From the NCBI GenBank assembly GCA_001687465.1, contig LVLI01000373.1:1-37986 (forward strand): a stretch of DNA of 37,986 bases, given 5' to 3'. Positions 12,228 to 23,760 of the stretch are shown one piece after another (within the stretch, counting starts at the first letter, position 1; each line of letters starts with the position of its first letter). This DNA comes from Halocafeteria seosinensis (taxonomy: Eukaryota). The position numbers and the translations under genes are program-made. The notes beneath the pieces were generated by a model that made no database searches, was not told the origin of the DNA, and saw nothing but the letters and a program-made list of their open reading frames with translations.

Positions 12228-15200
12228 CTACTGCAAAATAGGGTTCTTGACATCCGTTTTCCCCTCCGTATCTGGTGGCCTATCATCCTCAGCGTGCTGA
12301 CTTTTGCAGATACCTAGATGTTTCATCGTACTCTTAAGATTTGACGTCGCTGGTGAAAGCTTCAAACATGTGCCCTCGCGGGAAACCGTTGTAAATGCTC
12401 CTTTTAGCGATCTCAGGAGCCCATAAACGATGCTGGCAATGATGACAAACTGGATAGTCATGATGACTACTGCAAGTGCGTGTTTCTCCTTTGAGTTCTT
12501 CACGAACCTGCTAACTATGCCCAACATGGCAGTGCCCGCACCAGCCAAAGTTTTGGTTATTTCCAACGAATTCAGAGGAGTCTCAAACTTGTAAGGTCTC
12601 ATCATTGCACAAATAATTATAGATAACAAGAAGACCACGGTCACGAACAACGTTCGTTGCACAGTGGATCCAAGGAAAAACACGATGATTAAAACAAGTG
12701 TTCGTCGCAAAATTACTATAGCAGGCCAGAGGTATCCACGCTTACGGAGGCGAAATCCAGCGACAGTACTAAGGAAGTCCATTTTTTGCTGCGTATTGTC
12801 GACATTTTTATTCGCCCACAGTAAGTACGTCACCATCAGCATTGGGAAACCAAATACAATCAAGACAAGAGTGATTCCTCCAACAACTGCCAGAACAGTG
12901 TAACTGTCAGAGGACGTCTCCACATCCAGCGAAGCTCTAAGGCGTTGGCTGCCATATACGTCCTTCGGATACACATTGAATATATCGACGACCGTCGAGG
13001 ACACCCCCGTATGCAGAAGACCTACTAGAGAGAGTAGAGGTGGCATAGATTTTCGAACTGCATGCCTCCACCGCGGTCTAGACTTCTTGCACCATGTCGC
13101 GACGAGTTGTACCAATAGGGATCCGATAACGACAATCCAAGGAGACATAGCGGACAGTATAGCGTTCTCGAAGAACCCAAACCGCGTTATGCAACGGAAC
13201 GAATTGGCTTGTGTCGGGCTAATAAGTGCCAGCTCCGATAACTCGTGGAACCAAGCAAAATTGCCAAAGAAGGGATTGGAAGGTAGCTCTGAAACCAATG
13301 CTGAAAGCTGAAGATAATCGAACAACAAAATCACGTAGAGGACAAATTCCATGGTAAGATCCATCTTCCTTTTTGTCAAGAGCGAAGACTCGAGAATGTC
13401 AGCATTCTTATTGGAACTGTATTCGTACCTCGTTTCTGCCCATTCCGCAACAATACTGCGCTTGTTATCCACCTGTTTATTCAGGTTAAGAGGATTGTAA
13501 GACAGTGAGAAGCTTCCATCAGGACACTCGCTGTTGCTGGTAGCTCCTTCGTGCTGACTGTTAGGATTGCCGCTTGGCGCAGTATAATCCTTCGAATGGG
13601 CAAGATTAAGTCCCACCAGTACCAGGAGCAGAAACAAGACAGCGAAAGATACGATTATCACATTCTCTTTCTGATTTTTACAAAGCAGACACGTATCCTC
13701 CCCCTTGACGTATCGCTCGGTGCAAACAGCGCACAGCGGTCCAGTGTGGCCCTCATTGCATGTGGTGTCAAAACTTGTACTATTGACGCTACAGACCAAG
13801 GAGGGATTACACGGGTGCATTCTCACGCCCTTACCGTTGGTGAGAAAACGTTGCATCCTCATCTTTACACTCTCATTTGAAGGGTAAATTGGACTGTATG
13901 TGGCACACATCTCGCACCAAAATCCATCTTTCATCCGCAATTTCCCTTGTATGCATGTGAACCCTTGAGGTGGACAGGAAGTGCATGAGCTACTTCCTAC
14001 AGGAGCAAAAAAGTTCCGAGGACAAGGTTTACATTCCGCCACGTTGCTTGCTAAAGGTTGGCTTTCACCCTCGTCACAAGGAATACAATCCTGTTTCCTA
14101 TTGCTTTTTGAGTCAAGCTGCCTTGAGAATCCCGCCATACAAATACACTTGGAACCATCGTCGGAAACCACTTCTCGTGGTCCACACACAGGCCTTACTG
14201 TCTGGACGAGTACCGGACAGTTCCCGATAGACTGGTTGTTGATCCGCACATCGATGTAAGCTTTCCCTTCCTCCTTTAAAATGGCATCGAACGTAAACCC
14301 AGAAGTCAATACACCTCGCTTAAGCCCTGTTGGCAGTCCAAGGTGCAAAGCAGAACGTGTGAGCTCCCCGTCTTCAGGAGTTGCACTAATAGAAACAGTA
14401 GTGCTAGCAGTTGGTATCTCTGAACCTTCAAAGCGAGCGGATGCAGCTGTGTTACCGAAAATATCCACCAAATGGACAGTTAAGGGGATGGCAGTGTCTA
14501 CAGGCTTGTTGGTAGCATTGGCATCCAAATACGAATGCTCCGCTCTTGCAGCACCTGCTCGGAAGCGGGCAACAAGACCAAGGCCATGAGCGTCATTGGA
14601 GCCAGTGGAGTTGTATTGACTCCGAGTCCGAATTGACAACGTGTATCTAAAGTCAGGAGTATACGAAAGGGTATTGAACGTACCACCATCGGGATCTTCT
14701 TGTAACACTGGAGCCGGGTACTGCACCTTCGCTTTTATCCGTCTCCTTCCGTCTGCAGGGACGATAGTAGATAGTGGACTCAACCTCAACCAGTTCCCAA
14801 ACACATACTCATTCCTAGAGTAGTCCGGATGAAGTGATCGGGAGATAAAAGCATCGGAAGCTTTATCTGACCCGTTCTTGGGGATCAGTGTATATGCAAA
14901 GCTCTTTGGGCGAACAATCACCGGTTTTGTGTCGATGTTCACCACTGTCCACTCAACATGAGCTTGACCAAGCGGGGAAAGTCGAGGATGCACCAGTGCA
15001 GACGGGCATACAAATATGGAAGTGACAAGCAACTTGACCTTAAGCCAAAGCGATACCCCCTCCAAACTTGAGTCCGCATTTGCTGGGCCGTCAATTTCGC
15101 CCAAACTTCGTAATGATCGTCGTCTGGCGTTACTCTCAAATAATATCCACACTCTAAATTCACCCGAAGACGGTGCATTCTGCGGCACCATTTGTAATTC

Positions 15201-18200
15201 CAAGACCTGCTGCTGGAAGGTATAGGGAGAGAGAACACCTTCAAGAGGAAATATGTTTTTGTTTGGCTGAAGCCAGAACGACATGAGCTCATTTTTTGTG
15301 AGCTCTGCCCCTTCACTTGTAAACAGCCTAGCCCTCCATTTTATAGGCCACGCACCGTCGTTGTTCAACAGGGCCTGCCAAACGTCTGGAGACTCGCGCA
15401 TACTCATATCTGCAACCAATTGGGATTGGGGCAGACTGAGTACACCTTCGCGCACTCGCAGTGTAACGTCAACCACAAGCCTCTGTTTCCTTCTCATTTC
15501 ATGATCCAGGATATTTACAGCGATGTAAGAAACGACTGTTTCCTCCTGCATGTATGAAAGCTGGAAGAAAACGTTCGTTTTCACAGTTCTCCTTTGTGCA
15601 TCCGTCTTGCCCGCGGAAGGAAGGACTGCGATGCCTTCCAAACGCGGACCTACTGTCCAAACGAACTGCCGGTTTGGTTCCATCCACAAGAAGATGGTTC
15701 GAGACACGACCAACGAGTCGTTCCCTGATGACGCAACCAACCCCTTGTCCAAATAAATTCTTGAAGGGCTAATTGAAGAACCCTCTTGTACAGGAGTTAA
15801 GAGATTAGCGATATCAACACGAAGATTGCTTTGTGCTGAAGTGATATGTTCTTTCTGCATAGCAACTGATACTTCAATAGGCAATCTCACCATTGTAGAT
15901 GAAGTCATTCGTTCTATCAATTGAGCCTGTAAACGCAGCATTTTTGTAGAGTTAGAAACGAAATAGAGCCGAACGCGCAGCTGGCGCATTACACATGCAG
16001 AAAATGAAGCTGCTGTCCTTCCCTCGCAAGCTCGAGAATTTTCGAGCTCCGTTTCAACCTCTATCGGAAGCTCCAGATCGAGATCAGTTCCGCTAAAATC
16101 TCTGTCGCACCCGGAATACACCACAGAGTCTCCATTCGCAGTCCTCTGCTGGTACGCGCATGAAAGATCGACAGTTGGTAGAGTTCCATTAGGACTCTGA
16201 GAAGTCATGTTAATTGGCAGTGGCAAGGGAGCGTCGCTCCGACTATCATTTCGACGAAATGTAACGCTTTTTTCTGTCAATATGGTGGTGGTCACGCAAT
16301 TGAATGGGAAGCGTGCACCACAACCGGACGTTATAGCGTACTCCCCAGTTCCATTTTCATGCGCAGCAGAAACCGAGACAGAGCTGTTACTGCAAAAGGA
16401 TGAGCGTGATGCCACAGTAGATGATGTAAGGGATGCAGATTGAGAAGGCGTAGAAGTCCGTGAAAAGGTCAATGCGACAGTTACCGAAGCAGTCGTGGAA
16501 CCAGTTGTTGTAGGAGAAAATGACGTACTGCACGAACCACTTCCGGAGGCGGAGTAAGATCCCGTAGGTGTTCTCGACCCAGTAGGCTCGCGCGTTCCAG
16601 AAACAGACACTGAAATAGTTGGAGACATCGTGGCAGAAAACGATGCAGAGGCAGTGCGAGCTGGGGTGCGAGTACCAGTATGTGATGGGGACACAGAAGC
16701 TGCTGATGAAACAACAGACACTGAAATAGTTGGAGACATCGTGGCAGAAAACGATGCAGAGGCAGTGCGAGCTGGGGTGCGAGTACCAGTATGTGAGGGG
16801 GACACAGAAGCTGTTGATGAAACAACAGACACTGAAATAGTTGGAGACATCGTGGCAGAAAACGATGCGGAGGCAGTGCGAGCTGGGGTGCGAGTACCAG
16901 TATGTGAGGGGGACACAGAAGCTGTTGATGAAACAACAGACGCTGAAATAGTTGGAGACCTCGTGGCAGAAAACGATGTGGAGGCAGTGCGAGCTGGGGT
17001 GCGAGTACCAGTATGTGAGGGGGACACAGAAACTGTTGATGAAACAACAGACACTGAAATAGTTGGAGACCTCGTGGCAGAAAACGATGCGGAGGCAGTG
17101 CGAGCTGGGGTGCGAGTACCAGTATGTGAGGGGGACACAGAAACTGTTGATGAAACAACAGACACTGAAATAGTTGGAGACCTCGTGGCAGAAAACGATG
17201 CGGAGGCAGTGCGAGCTGGGGTGCGAGTACCAGTATGTGAGGGGGACACAGAAGCTGTTGACGAAGCTGATCGGGAGCTGGATAACGATGCTGTGCTAGA
17301 TCTGGAGCCCGTAGAAGATCCTGTTGGAGATCGGGTGGACGAGCCAGATATTGATGTTGATACAGAGGCGGAGCCGTACCGCGTTTGTGAGGGTGAGGAC
17401 GTTGGAGAAGAAGAAACCAGAGGGGTCCCAGAATTTGTTGCAGAAGAGGTAGAAGTCCCCGATGGAACTGTTGTTGGACTCTTTGTCATCGTTGACGTTT
17501 TGGTGAGAGTAGCACTTGGACTGGTAGTAGGAGCGATGGTTGGAGTTTGCTGAAAACGCAATAATGGTAATGCTACAGCAGATGGAACTTTCCAGATACG
17601 AGTAGACCATCGTCGCCTTCCACCAGAGTGATACAGCCGACCACGGATACTATTCAGCTCAGCTGAATTGTTTCGATTGACTGAAAGCCGCCCCTGACCT
17701 AGTCCTACCAGTGTATTCGAGTGTGTTCCATTATAGACGGAATACACGACTGACGTAATGTTCGGTATTTCTCCAATATATCCGATGATTCCTCCCGCGT
17801 CTACACCAGTCACGTTTCCTGAAGCGTAGCTGTTTGAAATCAATATACTTCCCGTACTCGAAGCAGCATATGCACCGCATATTCCGCCCGACGTGTCTCC
17901 CTTAACGTCTCCGCGACTGTAGCAGTTATCGATTTCGACCCTCCCTTTGTCGAAGCCAGCCCCGGCTCCACAGATTCCTCCGCTGTCTTCAACACCGATG
18001 GCTCCCATAGAATAGCACTGTTTTATCTTAACAAGCCCACTATCCCTGCCGGCGTCAGCAGCAACTATGCCCCCGCTGCCAACCGGAGTGTAGTACGTTG
18101 AATCCGTAGGATGTAGATCACCTGTAGAAAACGAGTGACTCACCCATACCTCACCGTCATTTATCCCCGCAGAAGGGCCGCATATTCCTCCAATGCTTCC

Positions 18201-19535
18201 GCCAACTATTTCACCTTCAGCATGGCATTTTGTGATATTTACAAATCCGTCGTTTTGTCCCGCGCGTCTTCCCAGTATACCTCCACTCCCGTCTCCAGCT
18301 AATTTACCTGTGGAGTAGCTATTGGAGATCTGAACATGACCGTGCGCCCCACACTCAGCGCCGGCAATGCCACCACCACTTGATATAGAACCCGTAGAGC
18401 CACAGGAGTCCACTCGAGCGAATTTTTGTCCCTCTTGGATAACAAATCCCGCCCCCGCACTAAGAAATCCTCCATGAACGTACACATTACGGATGGTTGG
18501 AGCACTTATAAACGAGGCGACACTTGTCTCGTTGATCGTGACGAGACCGGTAAACGAGTATATCCCCGTTAGGTTTATGTTTCGATGCTTCCCGTCAAAG
18601 GTTTCGTTGGCTTTGAGCGATATGTGATCCAGTGAAAAGTAATAGTGCTTCCACATTAGAGTGTCGCAGGTAAGTTCAAATTTGCTTTCCATTGGCCGGT
18701 AGGCAAGGCATGTTGCATTTCCGTTGATAATCTCTGGACGTAAGTCGCCACCCAAAGGCTTGAAGAAAGACATGGACAGAGTTAACTGAGGAAAACCAAG
18801 TAGAACCAGCAGTACCGTACGTATCCAGCAGGAAGTAGTTCGTCGTTGCCTAGGATACTGAAACGACTTCCCCAATAACCAATTGAAAGTACTGAATAGC
18901 ATTGGGGGATATCCCAATGTAAGGAGCAACGCAATTCCCAAAATCATCATTCTCAGAAAACTGAAGCAACAGTTCCACAGGACAGAGAACATGGAACCGA
19001 CACCAATTCTACAATGCTTCAATCTCTCAGAAAGGCTGCCGGTAGTCGGTATCAACAACACTGGGCACGGTCGAGAAGCCTCAGCCCCTGGACAACCTAG
19101 ACCGGGGATGGGAGCTTGAACAGGCAGCCAAGAAGGTGGTTTCCATGCTCCAGTATCTGGAGGGACGTCGTGTTCACTCCCGTCTACACAGTTGGAAGCG
19201 AATTGCGTGCAGAGCACCAAAACCACGATACTGTTTAGTGCGAGTGCTGGGAGAGTACCCATTCTCAGTTCCCGAGGTCGATGGAGGTGCACCTTCCGTA
19301 TATTGTAGAAGCCCATCCGTTCCTTTGCTGAGTATCTTGGGTGATTCAGCTTTGTACACAAATAGAATCTTTGGTGAACTCCGACATGCAGGCTTCGATG
19401 TTCGGGATGGGTTCGACCAAGAGCAAGTTGGATGAAACCGGAACTCAGAGCTGCGTAACTTGCAGTGCCTCCAGAGACTTTACACGCACCCACTGTTGCC
19501 GCTAATGCGATATCACAGCAGGAGAACAATAGCAA
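12228..19535 (-). CDS. Giant multi-pass surface protein (up to 2435 aa): GLUG-like Gly-rich repeats, Ser/Thr tandem-repeat stalk, Ig/filamin-like region, Cys-rich (GCC2/GCC3, ephrin-receptor-like) repeats, C-terminal multi-TM module
   Basis: 7.3 kb stop-free frame. About 7 GGI.G...G.V.I..SYS.G repeats; 37-aa S/T repeats; GAARAEHS..LVDIFGN filamin/Ig-like motif; CxxC..G....C..CP..FF....SC..CP and CNEGHTGPLCAVC Cys motifs; roughly 7-8 hydrophobic helices at the C-terminus. The true start is uncertain: first in-frame ATGs are at 19316 and 19262. Confidence 0.85.
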   Translation of the reverse strand: MLLFSCCDIALAATVGACKVSGGTASYAALSSGFIQLALGRTHPEHRSLHVGVHQRFYLCTKLNHPRYSAKERMGFYNIRKVHLHRPRELRMGTLPALALNSIVVLVLCTQFASNCVDGSEHDVPPDTGAWKPPSWLPVQAPIPGLGCPGAEASRPCPVLLIPTTGSLSERLKHCRIGVGSMFSVLWNCCFSFLRMMILGIALLLTLGYPPMLFSTFNWLLGKSFQYPRQRRTTSCWIRTVLLVLLGFPQLTLSMSFFKPLGGDLRPEIINGNATCLAYRPMESKFELTCDTLMWKHYYFSLDHISLKANETFDGKHRNINLTGIYSFTGLVTINETSVASFISAPTIRNVYVHGGFLSAGAGFVIQEGQKFARVDSCGSTGSISSGGGIAGAECGAHGHVQISNSYSTGKLAGDGSGGILGRRAGQNDGFVNITKCHAEGEIVGGSIGGICGPSAGINDGEVWVSHSFSTGDLHPTDSTYYTPVGSGGIVAADAGRDSGLVKIKQCYSMGAIGVEDSGGICGAGAGFDKGRVEIDNCYSRGDVKGDTSGGICGAYAASSTGSILISNSYASGNVTGVDAGGIIGYIGEIPNITSVVYSVYNGTHSNTLVGLGQGRLSVNRNNSAELNSIRGRLYHSGGRRRWSTRIWKVPSAVALPLLRFQQTPTIAPTTSPSATLTKTSTMTKSPTTVPSGTSTSSATNSGTPLVSSSPTSSPSQTRYGSASVSTSISGSSTRSPTGSSTGSRSSTASLSSSRSASSTASVSPSHTGTRTPARTASASFSATRSPTISVSVVSSTVSVSPSHTGTRTPARTASASFSATRSPTISVSVVSSTVSVSPSHTGTRTPARTASTSFSATRSPTISASVVSSTASVSPSHTGTRTPARTASASFSATMSPTISVSVVSSTASVSPSHTGTRTPARTASASFSATMSPTISVSVVSSAASVSPSHTGTRTPARTASASFSATMSPTISVSVSGTREPTGSRTPTGSYSASGSGSCSTSFSPTTTGSTTASVTVALTFSRTSTPSQSASLTSSTVASRSSFCSNSSVSVSAAHENGTGEYAITSGCGARFPFNCVTTTILTEKSVTFRRNDSRSDAPLPLPINMTSQSPNGTLPTVDLSCAYQQRTANGDSVVYSGCDRDFSGTDLDLELPIEVETELENSRACEGRTAASFSACVMRQLRVRLYFVSNSTKMLRLQAQLIERMTSSTMVRLPIEVSVAMQKEHITSAQSNLRVDIANLLTPVQEGSSISPSRIYLDKGLVASSGNDSLVVSRTIFLWMEPNRQFVWTVGPRLEGIAVLPSAGKTDAQRRTVKTNVFFQLSYMQEETVVSYIAVNILDHEMRRKQRLVVDVTLRVREGVLSLPQSQLVADMSMRESPDVWQALLNNDGAWPIKWRARLFTSEGAELTKNELMSFWLQPNKNIFPLEGVLSPYTFQQQVLELQMVPQNAPSSGEFRVWILFESNARRRSLRSLGEIDGPANADSSLEGVSLWLKVKLLVTSIFVCPSALVHPRLSPLGQAHVEWTVVNIDTKPVIVRPKSFAYTLIPKNGSDKASDAFISRSLHPDYSRNEYVFGNWLRLSPLSTIVPADGRRRIKAKVQYPAPVLQEDPDGGTFNTLSYTPDFRYTLSIRTRSQYNSTGSNDAHGLGLVARFRAGAARAEHSYLDANATNKPVDTAIPLTVHLVDIFGNTAASARFEGSEIPTASTTVSISATPEDGELTRSALHLGLPTGLKRGVLTSGFTFDAILKEEGKAYIDVRINNQSIGNCPVLVQTVRPVCGPREVVSDDGSKCICMAGFSRQLDSKSNRKQDCIPCDEGESQPLASNVAECKPCPRNFFAPVGSSSCTSCPPQGFTCIQGKLRMKDGFWCEMCATYSPIYPSNESVKMRMQRFLTNGKGVRMHPCNPSLVCSVNSTSFDTTCNEGHTGPLCAVCTERYVKGEDTCLLCKNQKENVIIVSFAVLFLLLVLVGLNLAHSKDYTAPSGNPNSQHEGATSNSECPDGSFSLSYNPLNLNKQVDNKRSIVAEWAETRYEYSSNKNADILESSLLTKRKMDLTMEFVLYVILLFDYLQLSALVSELPSNPFFGNFAWFHELSELALISPTQANSFRCITRFGFFENAILSAMSPWIVVIGSLLVQLVATWCKKSRPRWRHAVRKSMPPLLSLVGLLHTGVSSTVVDIFNVYPKDVYGSQRLRASLDVETSSDSYTVLAVVGGITLVLIVFGFPMLMVTYLLWANKNVDNTQQKMDFLSTVAGFRLRKRGYLWPAIVILRRTLVLIIVFFLGSTVQRTLFVTVVFLLSIIICAMMRPYKFETPLNSLEITKTLAGAGTAMLGIVSRFVKNSKEKHALAVVIMTIQFVIIASIVYGLLRSLKGAFTTVSREGTCLKLSPATSNLKSTMKHLGICKSQHAEDDRPPDTEGKTDVKNPILQ
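16601..17264 (-). repeat. Coding tandem repeat, 111 bp (37 aa) x ~6, Ser/Thr-rich stalk
   Basis: Unit TASVSPSHTGTRTPARTASASFSAT(R/M)SPTISVSVVSS; acagac(a/g)ctgaaatagttggagac recurs every 111 bp from 16603. Confidence 0.97.
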
Positions 19536-21147
19536 CAGGTTCCTTCAATCCAGCTACTAGTGTCTATACTAGAGTACTATGTAGACAGAGAAGGATTTCT
19601 TTTCGCCTTTCCTTTCCCTGCCGCGGTTGAAACTTTGGTAGGAGCGAGGTCGCAGCGAAGCCAACCCAGGTTGTTTGCCTTCATTCCCTTCCCGTTTGTT
19701 TCTGCACCCCGATCGACAGGCAATATATCGCCTTCACTTAGTTGATCGAAGACGTTTTTGGACTCCAGCGTGGAAGGTCTGTCGTTGACTATTTTGCTTC
19801 TTTTGGTGACCAACATTCGTAGCGTGGTGCTTCGGTAATTCCACGTTTAGCCGTTCCACAGGCATTGGTCAGTAGTACAAGCTCTTGCCAAGCGCGAAAA
19901 GAAAAAAAGAAAACGATGGTAGGAGCCAAAAGTAGCACAGTACTGAGCGTCTTAAAATGCAATACACAGGATATACCGGCATTTTGGTTTGGGTCATCGG
20001 AAGACGGTGGTGTCCGGTCAGTACCCGGTATTCACGGCGTTCAGGAATCATTTCGTCTGGTAATAGAAAGCGTGATTCTGACCAACCTTTGTACAATGGT
20101 TCAAGAGTTGGTATTCTGAGTTCGACGGTGGTCGGGTCAAGAATCTGTATCATTCGTTTTCTATTGCGAACCCGAGAGTTGAAGGAAGTTTGAAGATAAA
20201 TACTATACAGTAAATATGGTAGCTCCACCACGTTGGCAACCTCTATTCGCCCAGAGAGTCTGGCAGAGACGCAGGAACTCCGAGTAGCTTAATTGCTACG
20301 GGGATACGTCTCAATAGTAGAGCAACGTGTAAAAAATGTTTTCTTCTAGCGCGGTCTTTATATAGCCCTTCTCCGTCTCACGAGCCAAACTACACTCTGT
20401 GTCTTCTGACGCGCAGATAATAAGCTGTTATATACAGTACTGTCCCACTCTCACACAGCGGTAATCCACAGAACGCACACTGTCGCACCGGTGGTTTTCC
20501 GCATGAATCAAAGCACAAGTAGCAGCCAAGAGTCAAGGCCCGTTTGCAGAGCCTCTCGTGGAATTAAATGCATGTGTAAATGGGAATAAACGGAATTCTC
20601 AGTCAGTGCTCCATGCACATCTGCCCAGTCGTGTGCTCCTGCTTCCTCGCCAAAGCGAGCTTTGCGCCGTTATTGGGCACTTGTTCGAGATCAACTTCAT
20701 TCTGAATGTTCTTCCAGTGTCCTGGTGTTATGTAAATCCCAAGTCCACAGTGTACAAGTGTGTATTACGTAGTACTGGTAAATGTGTGTAAGCCGTACAG
20801 TATGATGAATGGAACAGTTCATACATATGTTAACAGAATGCGAGGGGAATCGTTCGCTTAGTGGGCCTTGCAGGGACTCTATCGGAGGATTTCTTTGAAT
20901 CGAACTCTTGTTGCGTATTGTAAGTTTAGGAGTAAATATACCGTAACTTCTCGGCTTGTAGAAGTTCAGACTTCCACTGCCCGGGCCCGGCAAGGCGAGA
21001 TCCGGGCCGAGAGCCCGGACGACCGTTGACGAGAGCTGCGTCGAGCCTTCTCGAGGCTGTATAAAGTGTTTACACGAATGGATTTGAGGTTAGATTGGTT
21101 TATTCAATGCGGCTGAGTGCGCCGCAGACGACAGCGTTGAAAGGGAA

Positions 21148-23760
21148 ATGATTCGATGGCCATGCACTTATGGCGAGCTCGAAAACGAGGAAATCAGCCG
21201 AGAAGTGCCTTCCTGTATATGCGTCGAACCAGATGATGGGATCATTGTCACGGCCCGATTATCGGTGCTAACCCTGCGTGATGTCCAAGGAGAGTTCCTC
21301 GATGAGATAGACGTGGTGGAAGCGGTGGGTCGACAGGGGTCGACCATCGGCCTACAAAATCCAGATATCCGTGGAATTGCAGCTTCCGGTGGGAGACTTT
21401 TGCTGTCCGAGCATAATAATGCATGTTGTGTGCTTCTCTCGTCGGAAGAAAACGGTCTTTCTGCGACCATCCTGTACGACCATGTTTTGGGACTGGGTCC
21501 GCATTCCTCAACGGACGGATCGTTTTGTGGCCCGCAAGGATGCACTTTTGGCAATGATCAACTGCTGTGTTGCGATACGGGGAACCACCGCGTGAATGTA
21601 TTCGATGCACAAACTGGGTCATTTATGCTAAGTTTTGGAAGCCATGGGAATCAACCGGTATGTAGGAATGAACAATGACTTCTTCTTTGGAGTAGTTGAC
21701 GATTCTCATACCGTGTGCATCCATCCATGCATAACATAACATATGGAACTATTTGCACTACAGGGAGAGTTTGAGGAGCCAGTCTCAATTGCATTAGATG
21801 AAACGTCTAATGAAATTTACGTGCTGGACCAAGGGACTTGTATGATCCATGTTTTCAATGGTGATACGTTTGAATTCAAACGAGCAGTAAGTTGGAAACT
21901 TGTCTGGCGCTGTTCGGCTCGTTGCAGTTTTCTGATTGCTTTTCGTTTGTTAAATCCAGTTTGGAGAACAGGGGACAGGAAAGGGCCAGTTTGAGAGGCC
22001 ATCAGCTATTGCCATATTGCCTTGTGGAGCCGGACAGCCGTTAGAGCGAACAGCAATCGTTGTGGCGGACCAAAATAACGACAGAATTCAAGTTGTAAGC
22101 CGTAGTGGTAAAGGAATTTGGGTTTGCGATTCGATTACGATAGACATGGGAGAGGAAAATGATTCAGGAGAGTATCAGCAGCAAACCGCTCGGTTCAAAT
22201 CACCGTTCGGGGTGGCTGTAGACTCCGAGGGTGATATTCTTGTCGCAGATTGGGGAGGAGCAGTATGGATAACTCCTTACGAAGGAATCCAGGATCATGC
22301 GATGGAGCGGGAGTTGGAAACTCAAAACACTGACGCGGAACAGCCTAGCGTGACTGATACTACATCTACAGAAGAGCTGGACGACAGGGGCCGTACGCTC
22401 AACTACGAAGAGCTAATGGCCGAGAATGAGAGGCTCCAAGAAGAATACCAGCGAAGTCAACGTACCCATATATCGCAGGAACACACGTATGATACGAGAG
22501 CTGCGTGGGGAACACAGACTCATCAGGAAACCCAGAGTCACGCTGAGACCGATGTTTCGGCGGAAGGCCGATTAGGGGATCTGGCGTCCTCTCTTAATCG
22601 GCGAAAGACTGCTACCCAGCGCTCTCAGGTGGCCTCCCCGTTGCTCCAGCCGCCACGGAGCCCTTCCAAACTCCCAGCGAGCCGTCGTGGCAAAGTCAAG
22701 AAAAAGAGACTTCGTATCAAGCGGCCCACAAGCCAGATGCTGTCTTTGCAACAAGATATAATTGCCCTTGAGCAAGAAAAATCGAATTTGAAAACTTCTC
22801 TGGAAAGTCTTAAAAAGGAGACGGCAAGAAAGGCGATGAGGGCTGATGAAATGCGAACAAGTTTGAAGGCCCATGAACCTGAATTAGCTCGGGAAGGATT
22901 CAGGATACCTGCGGCCCCGCAAAACCCTGCGAGTGGAACTCAGCAGGATAACAACCGCTCGAAGAAAAAGAAGCAGCTAGATGAGTTACGCTCATTGGCA
23001 GTCGTACCTGAAACTGATTGCAATATCAGTGATATATGCGATAAAATTTTAAGCACTATCGGCGTGGCACTACAATTCAACCATTCCGAAGTAGCCGCTG
23101 TGCCGGATTACTCGAAAGTCAGGGATGTAAATTGGCTGGAAGAACGCTCGTTGGAGTTAAGGATGCGCATTTTAGCTTTGCAACAGGAACAGAGTAAATG
23201 GACAGAAGCAAAAAACCAGATGGAAATGCTCGCCAGTGAGCTGAAGAAAAAAGTTAACAAACTGTATGAAATCATTCCTAACTTTGACCAACTTCGTGAG
23301 TCTATCGATCTGCAGAGTTTAGAAAACACCGTAAGTTGAGTGTGTTGGGATGCTAAATGTTGCTGTGTCTCAGCGGCGGTAGTTTATATTGCTCCTGCAG
23401 GTATATCAGCTAGACAATGATCGTTCTGCGAACTTGCAGCAACTAAACCACTTGCAGCAGGTGTTGGAAGTTGTCAAGCAGTTAACTCAGTCTCAGCCTG
23501 ATATTGACACCAAGGAACTGGCAGGATGGCAGCGGAAGTCCTCTCCGGTAGAGCTAATGCTGAAGTACCGAAAACAAATTGATGAATCAGCGGAGGAATT
23601 ATCGCAAATTAAAGAGCACGTCCATAACAAGCGCAAATCTGTTGAATCTTCCGAGAAGTCACTCCAGGAGGAAACGCGAACATTAGATTCTTTGAAAGCT
23701 AAACGAGATCGTCTTCGTGATTTGTTACAGCAACAGAAAGAAGAGGAAGGAGACGGGTAA
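21148..23760 (+). CDS. NHL-repeat (beta-propeller) protein with long C-terminal coiled coil, ~787 aa; predicted join(21148..21657,21764..21886,21960..23330,23401..23760)
   Basis: NHL motifs GSFCGPQG..CDTGNHRVNVFD, FGSHGNQP|GEFEEPVSIALD, |FGEQGTGKGQFERPSAIAI..VADQNNDRIQV and FKSPFGVAVDSEGDILVAD are restored across phase-0 GT-AG introns. The C-terminal half is E/K/L/Q-rich with heptad patterning. A further 3' exon (donor at 23757) cannot be excluded. Confidence 0.85.

Noticed and set aside
16481..17553. ORFs 16630..17553 (+, 307 aa) and 16481..17158 (-, 225 aa)
   Set aside because: Antisense and alternate-frame shadows of the 111-bp coding repeat.
20357..21067. TATA-like boxes (minus strand ~20357-20365; plus strand ~21060-21067) between divergent genes
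   Set aside because: Short AT motifs are expected by chance and cannot be supported without TSS data.
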